From Phoronis australis (Eukaryota > Animalia > Phoronida): DNA of 64,000 nucleotides. A model generated the notes under the pieces. That model saw only the letters and a program-made list of their open reading frames with translations, made no database searches and had not been told where the DNA came from. How positions within the stretch are numbered: the stretch's first letter is position 1; every line of letters begins with the position of its first letter. The stretch covers positions 1,296,872-1,360,871 of the forward strand of contig NMRA01000037.1 of assembly GCA_002633005.1 (NCBI GenBank). The letters are read 5' to 3'. The position numbers and the translations under genes are program-made. Below, in pieces: positions 24,770 to 37,314 of the stretch.

Positions 24770-26155
24770 GGTTATCTCCAACTTCATTCACAAAAATTGA
24801 CCAGTTTTACAATATTTTACTTGAGTCATAGCAAAATACCTTATATTCATTCTTGGGGAACTTCAATAGAAAATATATACTGTATAGCGAGAAAAAGATT
24901 TAGCAGAACCACCTTGGAACCGCACAACCGCGTGGATATTTGTTTACTACTTATCCAAGGTTAAAGGGCTTTTAATTAAATCAAATCTCCCGCCAGGTAC
25001 GTATTCGCGCAGTCCTTTCATTTACGAAGTCACCATAACATTGAGCCAACAAGGTGTACTTATAATAGAATTGTGCCTGGGAAAACAAAGACAAAACGTA
25101 GTTTTGATCCTAAGGGAGTTGTGCGTCTGCATGCATACGACCGTTGGCATTGAAAACGAATGCTATGAGTTGCCTCAGGGCTCTGTGGTCACGAATGCAG
25201 AAAGTTGTGAAAAGAGATAAATCCTCACCCTAATTCCTTAATTCAGGTAATAAGTTGACATTTCGATGTTTTGATCTCATGCTAATGACATACTTTAACC
25301 ACCGATTCGATTTTTGTAATCCATTTCGTACTTGGTTTCGTATCAGTCTCCCAGCATGTGACGTGTACAGGCTATGAACTGTGACCTACTTCGAAAGTAG
25401 GGCGTAAACAGTAAAAGTTGGCTGGGAGCAATACGTCTGTTTGAGCTTTTAATGATAATTTAAGTTAGTTACGCACTGCAAAATCAGTTGCCATTGCGAG
25501 TGAATGTTGAAATGACTAACATAGTTAAGGATTGTATAGGTTATATGTGTACCAAAAACAAATTTTCACCAAATGATTAACCGAAGACTTCGAGATTTTC
25601 ACTTGTTCCAGTTTAATCAGCTTTTTCTCGGCTTCGGCAAATCAACTTTATTTGAGCTTAGGAACATGAGTTCTCGAAAACGGCGAGAAAGATTTCCCTG
25701 AAAATTACCAAACTAAATATTTAGTCATCAGTCTCAAAAACACTGTTAGGATTTTTAATATAAAGGCCTAGTTTTTGCGTAATGTGACAAAGACAAATAC
25801 GACTTCAATTTTTTACAAAAATGCCTTACGTTTTGCGAGTTGATTTGTCATAGAAACCAAATGAACAGACTAATCGGAAATTCCTAACAGCTATTTAGGT
25901 AACTGGTGAAGTTTTCATTTAGAAAGGTTTCAATAAAATCGACCGAGGGGTTATTTTGCTATGAATGTACCATAGTTTCTTAAAAATGAAATTTTGATTT
26001 AAAAAAGGTTTTTACGTAAACATAATAATGGCACATAAATACGAAAAGTATATTTATATTTCCTAGTCTTTGTTCCTTCAGAAAATATATAATTTTACTA
26101 TTAATTTTTTATATAGAGTTACAATGAAGGCCACTAAATTAGGTTGGAGATAACC
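24770..26155. mobile_element. second Kolobok-like non-autonomous family
   Basis: TIR GGTTATCTCCAAC/GTTGGAGATAACC, TTAA TSD (24766-24769, 26156-26159), AT-rich subtermini and no ORF. Confidence 0.85.
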
Positions 26156-26203
26156 TTAACATGATGCCGTTCGAGCCTGTCAGGTGGGCCAGAACGTCTA
26201 TTA

Positions 26204-26359
26204 CAGTGCTGTAGTGGGGCGTAGGCGCACGTAGGTGCAGCCAACCACCTTTTGGTATTTGAACGTAGCGCCTACGCACCGTAAGTTACGTTCACTGCTC
26301 AAGGTGATACGGTGGGCTTTGAGCGCCTACTTACCTCGAATTTTACCACTACAGCACTG
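26204..26359. mobile_element. hAT-like MITE with degenerate 8-bp TSD
   Basis: 14-bp TIR CAGTGCTGTAGTGG/CCACTACAGCACTG; flanks gtctatta / atctgtta (6/8 match). Confidence 0.75.
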
Positions 26360-26620
26360 ATCTGTTATGCTCTCATATGCGTCGTGGAGATTGCTTTTCA
26401 GTGTTGTGAGTTCACTAAAGTTAGTGCCAATGACATACAATGTGTCTAGCAACTAGTGATGACTTCTAGTGAATAGGGATTTGCATTTGGCTTTTGCCAT
26501 ATTTAGCTAGTTAATTTCTTTGTCTGCGTCCAGCGGAAAAGAAGCCTTACACTTGCGACCCATCTTCGATCACAGTAAATGTTTGGACTTCAATCACAGA
26601 TCATAGATGTTCCACCCTTG

Positions 26621-26631
26621 CTCTGCTACCA
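26621..26631 (-). promoter_or_regulatory. primer binding site (initiator tRNA-Met) of the Pao element
   Basis: TGGTAGCAGAG on the - strand is complementary to the 3' end ...CTCTGCTACCA of animal initiator tRNA-Met. It lies upstream of gag; a candidate 5' LTR at ~26636-26902 starts TGTTATAG. Confidence 0.7.
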
Positions 26632-27611
26632 AAAGTATGGTCCGACGATGACCATAAATAGTAAAAACTAAGATTTAGCAGTTATAGTTTTCTCCGAGTC
26701 AGTCTTCGATAAGTGTCCGATCACAAAATAAAATGGTTGACACAACTACATACACTGCCGCTAGAGGCAGATCTAAACACTTCTAAAACAAAAAACAGTG
26801 AGGTGACAGAGACTGTAGTAACTAGACTCGATAAACTTGAATTGAGCGAACTATAATGATTAGGAAGTAGCAATTATAGTAATCTCAACTATCTCTATAA
26901 CAGAATACTCTCAACTGAACAAGAACATTTTTTCTCAGACTTACCGTTTTTAGTTATTTGACTTTCAATTTCAAAAACATTCAAAATTTGAAGTTTTTCG
27001 AAAATTTTGTGGGATTTCATCAGTTAGATGGAGTCTAGAATAGGCTTTTAGAAGTTGTTTTCCATTTTTCGCTAGGACGTCTTGTTTTTGAATTATTTGG
27101 GATTTTCTGAGGACGCTATTCCAAGTTTTTTTGATTAAATTTGTGCTGCATTTTTGTTTAACTTCTATTGAACAAAACTAGATTTCTTACTCATTTCTGA
27201 CATCTTCATTTGTCATATTTTTGTTATCATCATTTTTGCCATCATTACCATCATTATCATCACCATTGTCATCATCATCATCTCCAATATTCTTTTCAGT
27301 CAATTTCGCCAAGTATTGCTCCTCTGAGTGCTTTCCTGTGTTTTTCCGTCTGCTCTTTTATTGACTGATGCACTGTGTGTGCATTTGTATCGTGGTTGTC
27401 ACAATCATGGTCAAACTTCGTATTCTTGGTCTCCATGTCGACCTCACTTCCAAGCTTTTCATTTGATTTGCAAAATATCTCTCCTCACAGAGATCTTGTG
27501 TGTCGTGAACTATACTTTGTTGAGAACTGAAATCTCGTTGCATTTAACTTAAACATCAGCCAGGAGATTATGCTGTACAGTCATGCATTAATTTTGCTCT
27601 TTACTTTTAAG

Positions 27612-27787
27612 GTGTGACGAAGTCGGACCATCAAGTTGTCGATGGTGTTATTCAAAAAGTCCGTGAGGTAATTGGTCCTGTGGCTAGTTTCAAGGTGGCC
27701 ATTGTCGTCCCCAAGTTGCCCAAGACGAGATCGGGAAAAGTTGCTCGCAATACGCTTCATTCCATGGCGAATGGCCAACCATACAGA
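27612..27787 (+). CDS. ACSS3: ACSS3-like penultimate exon (LPKTRSGK motif)
   Basis: acttttaag|GT GTG...TAC AGA|gtaagt. Encodes GVTKSDHQVVDGVIQKVREVIGPVASFKVAIVVPKLPKTRSGKVARNTLHSMANGQPYR, including the A10 catalytic Lys. Confidence 0.95.
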
Positions 27788-28053
27788 GTAAGTCACATTC
27801 ATTCCATGGCGAATGGCCAACCATAGAGAGTAAGTCACATTCATTCCATGGCGAATGGCCAACCATACAGAGTAAGTCACATTCATTCCATGGCGAATGG
27901 CCAACCATACAGAGTAAGTCACATTCATTCCATGGTGAATGGCCAACCATACAGAGTAAGTCACATTCATTCCATGGCGAATGGCCAACCATACAGAGTA
28001 AGTCACATTCATTCCATGGCGAATGGCCAACCATACAGAGTAAGTCACATTCA
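27756..28053 (+). repeat. 7 x 42-bp tandem repeat spanning the ACSS3 exon/intron junction
   Basis: Unit ttcattccatggcgaatggccaaccatacaga|gtaagtcaca. GT donors at 27788, 27830, 27872, 27914, 27956, 27998 and 28040. Copy 2 has TAC>TAG and copy 5 has GCG>GTG. Confidence 0.97.
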
Positions 28054-28355
28054 GTTAATCAACTAAATTCCCATAATGCTCCTCATTTTGACTTACTTTT
28101 CCGAGATAGAAGGAAATGTTGTATGGGAACTGAACTGGAGGGAAATTGTCCTCTTTGTAGCAGATTACTTTTGTTCAGCAGTTTCTTGCATCCGTGGCTC
28201 TGGGATATACCCAGGTTTCAAAACCCTGCTCGCAAAGGTGGGCAAGTGAGCCAGAAAATCTACTCGCCCAGCCCGAAGTTCAGTCGCCTGGCCGTTTGCG
28301 TCTGTCACAACAAACTTGCTGCCAGTGTCAATGAAAATCATTGTTTCATGCGTTG

Positions 28356-31303
28356 ATAAGCGCCCAGGGTGCTTAGAAAAATTCCTTTTGGAGGGGGATG
28401 CTTGTTGTAGCCTAAGGCGGTTGAAACCCGGTCTCCGAAACAGGTGAAATCGGAAGCTAGGATTAACAAAATTTACGCGCTGTGATGTATCTGTAACCTA
28501 TGACAGACTTTCTACAAAACTGTTGTGCATTGCTATCAAACTTTTTGTTAAATTAGTACGATCTTTAAAAAAAAATGTGCTGAAATCCCAGGGCGAAAAC
28601 TTGGGGAGTGGTGTGTTGCTGCCTCGCGATCGTCATTAAAATCTTGAGTAAAAATACAGTTTCGACTCATCAAATTACCTGAAACCCTCCTTAAGTTTTC
28701 CAAATAGCATCCCTAAGATTTTTAAGTTTCTGTGGAGTCGGGATTAACCGCAGATTAAGTCCAAATCAGCGCTAGATCGCACCCCCTAACATGAGAAAAA
28801 TCTGGACGAACACGGGTTGTTGTCACATGACATTTGTTTTGAAGTTAGTCTGCAGTCGTGGAGTGAGCGAGTGCGTGCGTGTCATCAGAGTTCATTTGAC
28901 AGCGTAGCAGGCCCACATAATGGGGCCCTAGCGTGCGCTTCTTGGCCACGTGCTCATTAACTCTTGGTCAAGTTTCGATTCGCAGTTTCACGTGTTAATG
29001 GATTCCTGTTGGAGGGAGTTCTTTACGGGAAAGAAACGATACAATCCTGTTGAAAAGTATGCTGCGACTGTTCTGAAAGGCCTGACCATAGTGGGACACG
29101 TTCCCCGCAAGGTCATTAAAACTGGTGCGTGCTTTTTGAAGCCCTGCGGAAGTTTGACGTGTACAGTCACGGCTGTATACCGACGGCTCGTGGTCTAGAA
29201 ATTTTGCGCACAATGATTTTTGAGGACTGTCGGATATCAGTGATAAATCGAAGACAATTACTGTACCATACTTGCCCATGCTCGGCATACAGCCCATCCC
29301 CGAAAATTTCAAGTTTTCATTTTTAAGCGCCCATGCTCGGCTTCCCGCCCACCCCCAATTTTTCATGAACGAGACTTCTGTAAAAGTATCTGTGCTTCTG
29401 AGAACATTTGTCGCACAAAGTTAAGATTCCAAAACGTGCGCAACTCGCTTACTTTTCTGTGGCAATTAATCAGTTTTAGCGAAATCGGGACCTTGCTTTA
29501 CCATGGAGGTAAAATACCCGTATTCTCATGCATTTTACTGAAGGAGACACAATTTTTTCCTTTGGCTCACGCGCGGAACTCATGTTGGCATGTACTGATC
29601 ACTGAGACAGCGCTTGTCGAATGTATTTCATTTGCTGTAGAAGAACCAGCAAAGCAGTACTTGACAGGGATATCACGTCTGTGGCCAACCTTTCTGTGAT
29701 TCCCCGTGACATTGAGTACACAGTGGCGGATCTAGGATATCTCAAGGGGGGCCCAACATTTTGCCCGGCTGTAAGCATTTGCGCAAACCACGATTGTAGA
29801 TGCGTATAGCACCTAATGGGGGGAGAATGTCAGTATCAAACAGGAAAAACTGCACGTTCCACTGACTCGAACGCACGAGCTGGCAGATAGAGCGCGCGTG
29901 CTTTACCACTACACCACTACGATTTAACTACTTATCTTGTGCTAAGAGACCTACTTGTTTATGGTCCACAGTGTTTGCGTGCGAAACCTACTTCTTTTTG
30001 TAAGAAAATGCTTATTACACGTTTATATTTTGTGCAATCGGTTCTTAATAAATTTGTTGTATTTAAAATAGTCTTCAAATGCCCAAAAGACCAAATCCGT
30101 TTTTCTTGTTGGCAATAATGATGGGATTGCTTTGGAAATCGTCTTAAGTTAAGGTTTGGCACAGAGAGAATTATGAGTTTCTGAGTGATTCACCAATAGG
30201 CTTCGATTAAAATTCACATCTTACCAGCAGTTTCTGTTTTTTCATCGTCACTCAGGTTCCATTTTCTTTAAAAAATGAAGTAAATTTTCTTCATTGCACA
30301 GTGGAGCAGACGACGGAAACAGAGTCGTAGTGCGCAGCGCCATTGCCGGTCACCTGGGATATCGCGGGAGAGCTTATACTTAGCCATAGTTCCATTACGA
30401 ATTCGCCGTGTTCCGAATTTGACTCTTGAAATTGGATCTGAGCCCCCTCCCCCCAAACACTAAAACTGCACACATTTAAATCTTGTTTCATCCATATAAT
30501 TTTAATTACCGGGGTTAATTAATAAACTCAACATTTCCCTACGCTCTTGCTGTTTTATTTTTTTGCGGCAGCCAAGGGAGGGGGGACTATATGAAAAGAA
30601 ATTGGCGCGAAATTCTTGCCTCCCAAAACGTCACTTCCGGAGTAGACGACGAGTAATTAATTAAATTACGAAAAGCAGTAAATAAGTGAAAAATATGTCT
30701 GGGATAATCAACGAACATTAGTTTTGCTAAAAATGACATGAAAAAAGGATGCCTTCGCCTTTAAAAATATACTGCGAACTAGCGTAGTCTTGTTTGATCT
30801 GTCTTTTCTCTCAAGAAACTTGCCCTACTGAACACATGCCTACCTATAGGAATACCTTTAGTTAACTAAGAGATGACCAGCAGCGACCGAGGTATGTAAA
30901 AACCCAATCACACTCAGGATCACGATGCCACTGTATCGTGTGCGCAGGCCGTCAACGTCGGTTACTTCAATCCCCGGACCTATATTTTAATTGATATGCT
31001 TGAAGTCCGACGTCAGTGTAGCTCCGTTAGGGTAAAATCGGTCCCTTTTGCACTAAGCAACAACTCCTGACTTATCAAAAATTTTGATTTTAACCGCCCA
31101 TGCTTGGCTTACCACCCGCCCTCTGTTTTTTAGATTTCCAATTTAAGCGCCCAGTTCGGTAACGCTGACAAGTTGATTTTTAGAACTGTATGTAAGGCCT
31201 TTTTCACATATGTACACATTCATGGACTGGGCGCTTATTTTAGCAAAGTCTGAAAATGAGTGGGGGGCGCTTATTGGGGCATGGGCGCTTAGATTGGACG
31301 AAT
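28356..31303. mobile_element. pogo-like element, copy 2 (inverted, longer, termini eroded)
   Basis: 28356-28890 is the reverse complement of ~23790-24340, and 31220-31300 of ~22765-22850. Carries extra internal sequence and a nested MITE. Confidence 0.75.
29721..30585 (-). mobile_element. hAT5-like MITE, copy 2 (inverted, one end truncated)
   Basis: Starts CAGTGGCGGATCTAGG. It is the reverse complement of 13610-13913 joined to 15314-15989, without the HINE insertion. Confidence 0.85.
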
Positions 31304-31846
31304 GTTATTATTTATAAAATAATTTTGGCTAAAATGACATTGTACATTACAATAAGACATCAGTTCAAAGAAATATGATAGGCCTATTTTACTTGCTGTG
31401 AGCACATGTACCGGTCTTCCGCCTTTCCCCGCTTTTCTTCGTTTTGGACTAGTCCACAAATTCCTTTGTGCACGACCACACACTGTGATCTTTTGTCTAG
31501 ACGAGTCGCGTTACAGGTAACATCTACTGAATCAGTAGGGTCGCACTGCGCTGACATTTTTTACTGCCGGAGCATCGACAAGCTGACCAAACTGAACCTT
31601 AAATCATGATAAAAACAGCACAAGGATGAGAAAATTTATTCATGTTCATGTGGGAAATGATATAGTCTTTTTGCGCTCTGAAAATTCGCTCGCCACCTGG
31701 ACGACCGGCAAGTCAACTTCTACTCGCCCAGCTCCATTTTTACTCGCATTGGCGACTTTCTGAGTGGCTAAGTATATCACTTTAGCTATGTTTCGTGAAC
31801 CCTTTACAGGAACTTTGTCAAATTTGGGTATCGATTTTCATGTAAA

Positions 31847-32704
31847 TTACGCGCTCACATATTTAGATGTTGGCACATCATGATGTCATCCCTGTCCGTC
31901 CGTCTGTCCGTCCATTCATCCGGTGTCCACTGCTCTATCTCCAAAACCCTTTCATGTAAGTTAGGAAATTTTGCACATACTTTACTTTTATGTATGGGAC
32001 AGCACAGTTTTGGACGGATATGATTACCATTGTGCCCCCTGGTGGCAATTTTAGTTCTATTACGTTTGTATTTTCAGAGGTCCTCAACAGATTTTCATAA
32101 AATGTGACAAATAGGTATCTATTAGTGAGATGACACTATCCTACCATTTTCTGACGGATTCGAGGTATTTTGCACCACTCAGTGGCTGGTTTTACATGTT
32201 TTGACATCCACCCCTCTATGAATGCACTCTAAGGATGACTGTGAAAATTGGCAAATATGTTCCTACTGTGAAGAGGACAGTCGGTAATGGTTTTCCGGCA
32301 ATTTCAACTTCATTGGCGCAGCCTAATGCCAGTTTATTTTTACCCCGTGGCTGTATTTCCTAAACCCTCTGCAGGATCTTTATTAAATTTAGAATGTGTA
32401 TTATATGAAGTTGGCAACAGACGACGATGACTTTAAGACCGATCCGACGAACGCTGTGCCCCCGAGTGACAATTTCATTTTTTTCAGTTTTCCTCTGCTT
32501 CTCTGAAGTTCTTTGAGGGATTTTTATAAAATTTGGTAAATAGCTTAATTTCTATTCAAGGAATGACATGTTGCCATTTTCGGATGGATTTGATGTACTT
32601 TGCGCTATCTTGTGGCCATTTCTAGAATACAAATAAACACTCCTGGAAGCAGACCATTTGCAGTGCATATGTGGGCGCATTTCAATGCTCCGCGTTGCTC
32701 TTGT
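31847..32704 (+). mobile_element. Helentron/DINE-1-like HINE, copy C
   Basis: SubTIRs acgcgctcaca/tgtgggcgcat, a (GTCY)n microsatellite at ~31892-31913 (DINE-1 hallmark) and the 3' hairpin caatgctccgcgttg. Confidence 0.78.
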
Positions 32705-32709
32705 TTTGG

Positions 32710-33297
32710 CTGAATCATTTAGGCCTATAACCTTAACATCCTTCTCAAAGGACTGGAAAGGCTCATTCTGTGGCATCTTGATAAACAAGGAATACAGAAC
32801 AAACTTCAGAACAACCAGTATGCTTATAGGCCTGGCTTCTCTACGAAGACCGCTCTACATTATCTGGTTGCTAGACTGGAAAGGGCTGTTTTTAATAAAC
32901 AATTTGCCCTCAGCTGTGCCTTCATTGATCTTGTTGGTGCTTTCAGCAATATTAAGTGATCCGATCCGAATTGTCTTACCAGGTGGATCATTAACATGCT
33001 CGGAAGTCAATCTATGACTGCTTGTCTAGACGATGTGAGTGTGGCGGTTCGCATCACCAGGGGAACACCTCAGGGTGGCGCTGCTTCACCCACCCTCTTT
33101 AACATGGTTATGGATGGTCCGCTTCAACAATTATCTGCTGACATGGGTCCAAGCTTGTATGTTCAAGCCTATGCAGATGATATTGTTCTCAGTGTGTCCT
33201 GACACGTGTCGCTATCTTGCTCAAAGAGCACTGAATACAACAGCCCCATGGGCTAAGTCAGTTGGCTTAGAAATTAGTGGTAGCAAAACAAAGGTTC
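32710..33297 (+). mobile_element. non-LTR retrotransposon reverse transcriptase fragment (LOA/R1-like), decayed
   Basis: FRPITLTSF, NQYAYRPGFSTKTAL, AFIDLVGAFSN, RGTPQGGAASPTLFN, QAYADDIVL and WAKSVGLEISGSKTK across frameshifts. Confidence 0.85.
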
Positions 33298-33899
33298 ACC
33301 TGCAGATTTTTTAGTGAAAAAGCTCACTACGGGTGAGGGGCTGTTTTTGCAAACTTATATTTAAAACCGTTGGTCTCACTATGTGTGTGGGGTGGGAGGG
33401 TGGGGTTGCTGGCAAACTGTGGTGGGAGATGGGGGTAGTGCGTCGTTGGAATCATGGATGCCCTGGAATATTGGGAACCCATTTTGTACACACTATTTTT
33501 GAAATCCTGGATGAAGCCTTACTCAGGAATGTTGACTGCAGGACTCGAAATGCAATGTATTCTCAATTTATACTTACAGTCATATGCAAAGAACGGATTA
33601 AATTTGGATAATAGATTTCGTATTTTGTATATTTAATAGGAACCAAAATGTGAATCAAAACTAACCAAACAAAATAACAATGCTTATATGCTCACGGTGA
33701 TATCAGTACGTTTTCAAGGACAACATATCTGTCATTTAGGAATCGTTCCTTAACCAATGCACAATGAACTCAGGTCAAGGAAATAGACGGGAATAGTTGA
33801 TGATTTTCTGATCTCGGTTGAGGTATAAAATTGTGCTCAAAACAGTTTTTGATTTTATGACAGAAAATTGGTAAACATTATGTCATGTTAACTTTTACT

Positions 33900-36400
33900 T
33901 AATTTGGTATATATTTCTAAGTCTTTGAATTAGATTAAATTTTGGAAATACAGAATTCAGGGAGACAAGGTCACCTCATTTTCAGGCGGATTTGACATTT
34001 TCTTCACTACCTGGTGGCCATTTTAAAAACTTTTGAGTAGTTTTGACACCATCGTGACCTTTTCCAAACCACTTGAGGGATCATTACTAAAATTTGGAAT
34101 CCTGTTACTGGTGAGAAGATCTAGGCTGACGTTGATTTTCGGATGTGTTCAACTACTCTGGCACCCTCTGGTGGAAAAATTTTATTTTTTGCATTAATAT
34201 TACAGCTGTATCTCCTTTACCCTTTGCAAGATCTTTCTGAAATGTAGCAGGTGTGCTCCTATGGAGGTGGCTACTGATGACATTGAGTTTCAGACCTATC
34301 CGAGTGCAGCTATGCTACCTAGTGCCAATTTTATTTTTTTCTGTTGCCTCTGTAACTTCAGGGTAACTTGATGCTTTTTTCACGAGGTTTGATAAACAAG
34401 TCTATTATGAAGATGACAGTGGCATTCCTTTTTGTGGTGGATTCGACATAGTTTGCACCAAATAGTGGCCATTTCAATTACTTTATGGTCTGTTTTCTGT
34501 TTTACATATATATCTGTATCAGCCAACCCGTACAGAGGATCATTATAAAATTGGCAGATGTGTTCCTACTGATTTTAAGCGGGTCCATCTACTGTGCTGC
34601 CCCCTAGTGACATTTTTTCGCATCAAAGCTGTTTCTCCTAAAACTCTTGGGAGATGTTTTGGAAATTTTGCAACTGTGTTCCTGTTGACGTGACAGCGGA
34701 TGGACAGATTCGACTATTGCTCATGGCAGTTTTTTTACGCACTTTGCCATTTTATCTTTGGTGTTCTTTAATGGATTTTTGTGAAATTGGACAAAAAGTT
34801 TTTAAAGATGACGACACCTCATTTTTGGGTTGGTTCGATATATTCTGTGCCATCTTATGGCCATTTTTATGAAACACCCCTAGAAGCATGCTGTTTGCAG
34901 TGCAGTTGTGGGCACATTCCAATACTCCGCATTGCTCTTGTTTGTCTCATAGATATAGAAATAACACCACCTTATCATTTTCGGATTGATTACACGTAAT
35001 TAATATTTTTCGTCACCTAGTGACAGTTTTTACGATTATCAACAGTTATCTGGCTTCCACCTCTCGTGTGGATCCGGCTTCCACTGTGTCCCTAATAATG
35101 GAAATTTCAGTTTTGATACATTTTCCTGTTTATCCTTGGAGATCCTTGGTGGATTTTTATGAAATTTTTCAAATAGGGATCTGTTAAAGAGATGGCAACG
35201 CTTTCTTGTTTTCGGATACAGTTAACATATTCTGCGTCACTGTTTTTGTTTTTTAGTCTGACTGGTTCTTGATGTCTGCCCCTCTATTGGCCAAATCACT
35301 TTAAGGATTGTTCGGAAAATTGGCTTGTGTTTATTCTAGAAACTGCGTGACTGACGGCGACCTCCAAACGGGCCTGGCCACTGTGGCGCCCCTTCACGGC
35401 AATTTTATTTTCTGCCTGTGGCTCAATACAAGTTCGCTGACCAATCTTCACGTGATTCTGTTGATGAGAGTAGAACTGGTGGGGATTTTGGGACAACTCT
35501 GTTTAATGCAGAATATATGAGTTAATGACAGTTTGCCAAAGTCCTTGGGGATTTTCATGAAATTTGGCAAATATGTATCTATCATGTAATCAATAGCACC
35601 TGCCCCGTTTCGGATGGATTTGACCAGGATTGCGCACCCTAATGACATTGCAGAAAGTGTTTCTGACTTGCTTCTAAAGGTTAGCATTGCTGTGTTGAGT
35701 GGGGATGTTTAAGTGAAGGATCATCTCTTGTATCTGCGCTGTATTCAATACATGGCAAGTTCGCATTATCTGCATGTCATGCTGTCCTCTGTTTACTGGT
35801 GTCCAGCATCCTCTGGTGTACCTCGCAATCTTATTGAGATTTGGCAGGTGTGGTCTTATGAAACTTACGAAAAGTGACCATCAGTTTTGGACTGATCCTA
35901 CTGCCGCTGTGCCTCCTAGTGGCAACTTTAGTTTTTTGTGTTTGCTGCAGTTTCTATCTGCTAAGGAATCATCTGAAATTGGTGGATGTGTTCTTACTGT
36001 CAAAAGCACAGTTGATGTTGATGTTCGGATGGCTCCCACTATGTGACGCCACTAAGTGACATTGTATGTATTTCAGGCTGTATCTCGTAACCCCGTGTAA
36101 AATTTGGCAAGTGTATTTACATGAATGTGGCTCCATGTCTCAACGTAATTGGATAAATCTGACTACCACTGTGCCTTATACTGACAATTTCATTTTTCAC
36201 TCTTGCCTCTGAATCTTCTGAGCTTCTGGGTGGATTTTCATAAAATTTGACTTATTGCCAGTTTCTATTATGGAAACGACGCCTTCCTTGTTTGTGGGGT
36301 CTGACATATTCTGTGCCATTCTCAGTTATAAGCACTCCTTAGAGCTATTCATTCGCTGTGCAGCTGTCTGCACATTTCGGTGCTTTGCGTTCCAGTTGTT
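33900..36400 (+). repeat. older degenerate HINE-family tract
   Basis: Recurrent gattttcatgaaatttgg and gccccctagtgg-like motifs. HINE-type 3' ends at ~34908-34943 (tgtgggcacattccaatactccgcattgctcttg) and ~36365-36400. Confidence 0.6.
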
Positions 36401-37221
36401 TGAGTGTTTCCTGATGATAGCTAGAGAATTGATTTACGGAATAGAAACTTGAAACAGAGGCTTATGAAACGGGTCTCAATGAGCCAGCACTATTGACTTT
36501 TTGGGTGGTTTCCACAAATGCAGCACCTCTAAGTGGCCACTTAGTTTTCAACAAGGGGTTTTAAAAGTGTTGGTTTGGGGAAAGAGCAATTCTTAATAAT
36601 ATATATCTGAAGACCCACTGACGGATGTCAATGGAATTTATTATATGTGATTTCAATGCATCATTGCAGCATTGTGTCTCGGGACTTTTCAAATGTTGTT
36701 TTGTGGGAAGAGGGTTTCCAGGTGATATCTAAAGATCCAATTAACGGATTTCAATAAAACTTAACGTTACAATACATGGTAACCATGTATCAGATGTTTA
36801 ACCCTGAGAAAGAACTGACATTTGCCCATGCTGAGAACGTCCTTGAGTTACGAAAGTGCCTGCTACCAAAAACGATTGCCTGTCATTATCTTGGGTGCCA
36901 GTTGTTTTCTAACCTCAGAAATCACTTCTGATGTGAGTGAGTAAAAAGTTGAGATAGTAGCAAGCCAAGGTTGTGAGTTTACCATCACATACTGTAATAT
37001 AGTTTTTTCCTAACGTGACACGGTTACTGTTTGGTCTGATGATAATGTTACTGTTTGGCCTTATATCACATGACAAACATTGTCTTTGTTGTATTATTCT
37101 GCATTTAACACTTGTCTACTGAACAAAGAAGTGTGTAAATCAGAAACTGATTGTTATTTAGTCATTAAATATCTCAAGGGGAATATGCATAAGTCATTAA
37201 TTAACAGTCTGATTCTTTTAG

Positions 37222-37314
37222 ATACCTGTCACTATTGAAGATGCATCTGTGTACGATCCTATTGCTCAAGCAATGGAAGATATTGGTCTTACCCCTGGAC
37301 ATGCCTTATCCTAG
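37222..37314 (+). CDS. ACSS3: ACSS3-like terminal coding exon
   Basis: ttcttttag|ATA CCT GTC ACT ATT GAA GAT...TAG. Encodes IPVTIEDASVYDPIAQAMEDIGLTPGHALS*, matching the TIED C-terminal motif; phase 0. Confidence 0.9.
   Translation: MPVTIEDASVYDPIAQAMEDIGLTPGHALS

Larger units (their letters stand above)
13212..26902 (-). mobile_element. decayed BEL/Pao LTR retrotransposon (span includes nested insertions)
   Basis: Fragments in Pao order on the - strand: gag (AEYKLLQLKKHLSGDPLRIIEGLGHS, degenerate CCHC knuckles), protease-like (AILNNGSTKTY), RT (WCLPHFPIV..KVRIVFD, STYVDD), integrase ([33 protein letters not shown]) and the C-terminal RWRRVQELVRHFWSRWLREWL..LNRRAKW. Many stops and frameshifts. 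Confidence 0.92.

Noticed and set aside
13030-27320. Similar (cat)n + ttttcagtcaatttcgccaagt segments at ~13030-13130 and ~27225-27315 as the Pao LTR pair
   Set aside because: They are short, lack TG...CA ends and are not adjacent to the PBS at 26621-26631. More likely a separate small repeat; no 3' LTR was found.
27756-28053. 42-bp array (and the 38-bp array at 5273-5430) as CRISPR
   Set aside because: Units are head-to-tail with no unique spacers, there are no cas genes, and the context is an intron-containing eukaryotic gene.
27581-28066. ORFs 27581..28048(-), 27690..28034(-) and 27848..28066(+) as repeat proteins
   Set aside because: They are by-products of a stop-poor 42-bp unit that overlaps a real exon and its donor.
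28212-31803. Possible older hAT-like element enclosing pogo-like copy 2 (actcgccc motifs at both ends)
   Set aside because: The termini are degenerate and no TSD could be confirmed.
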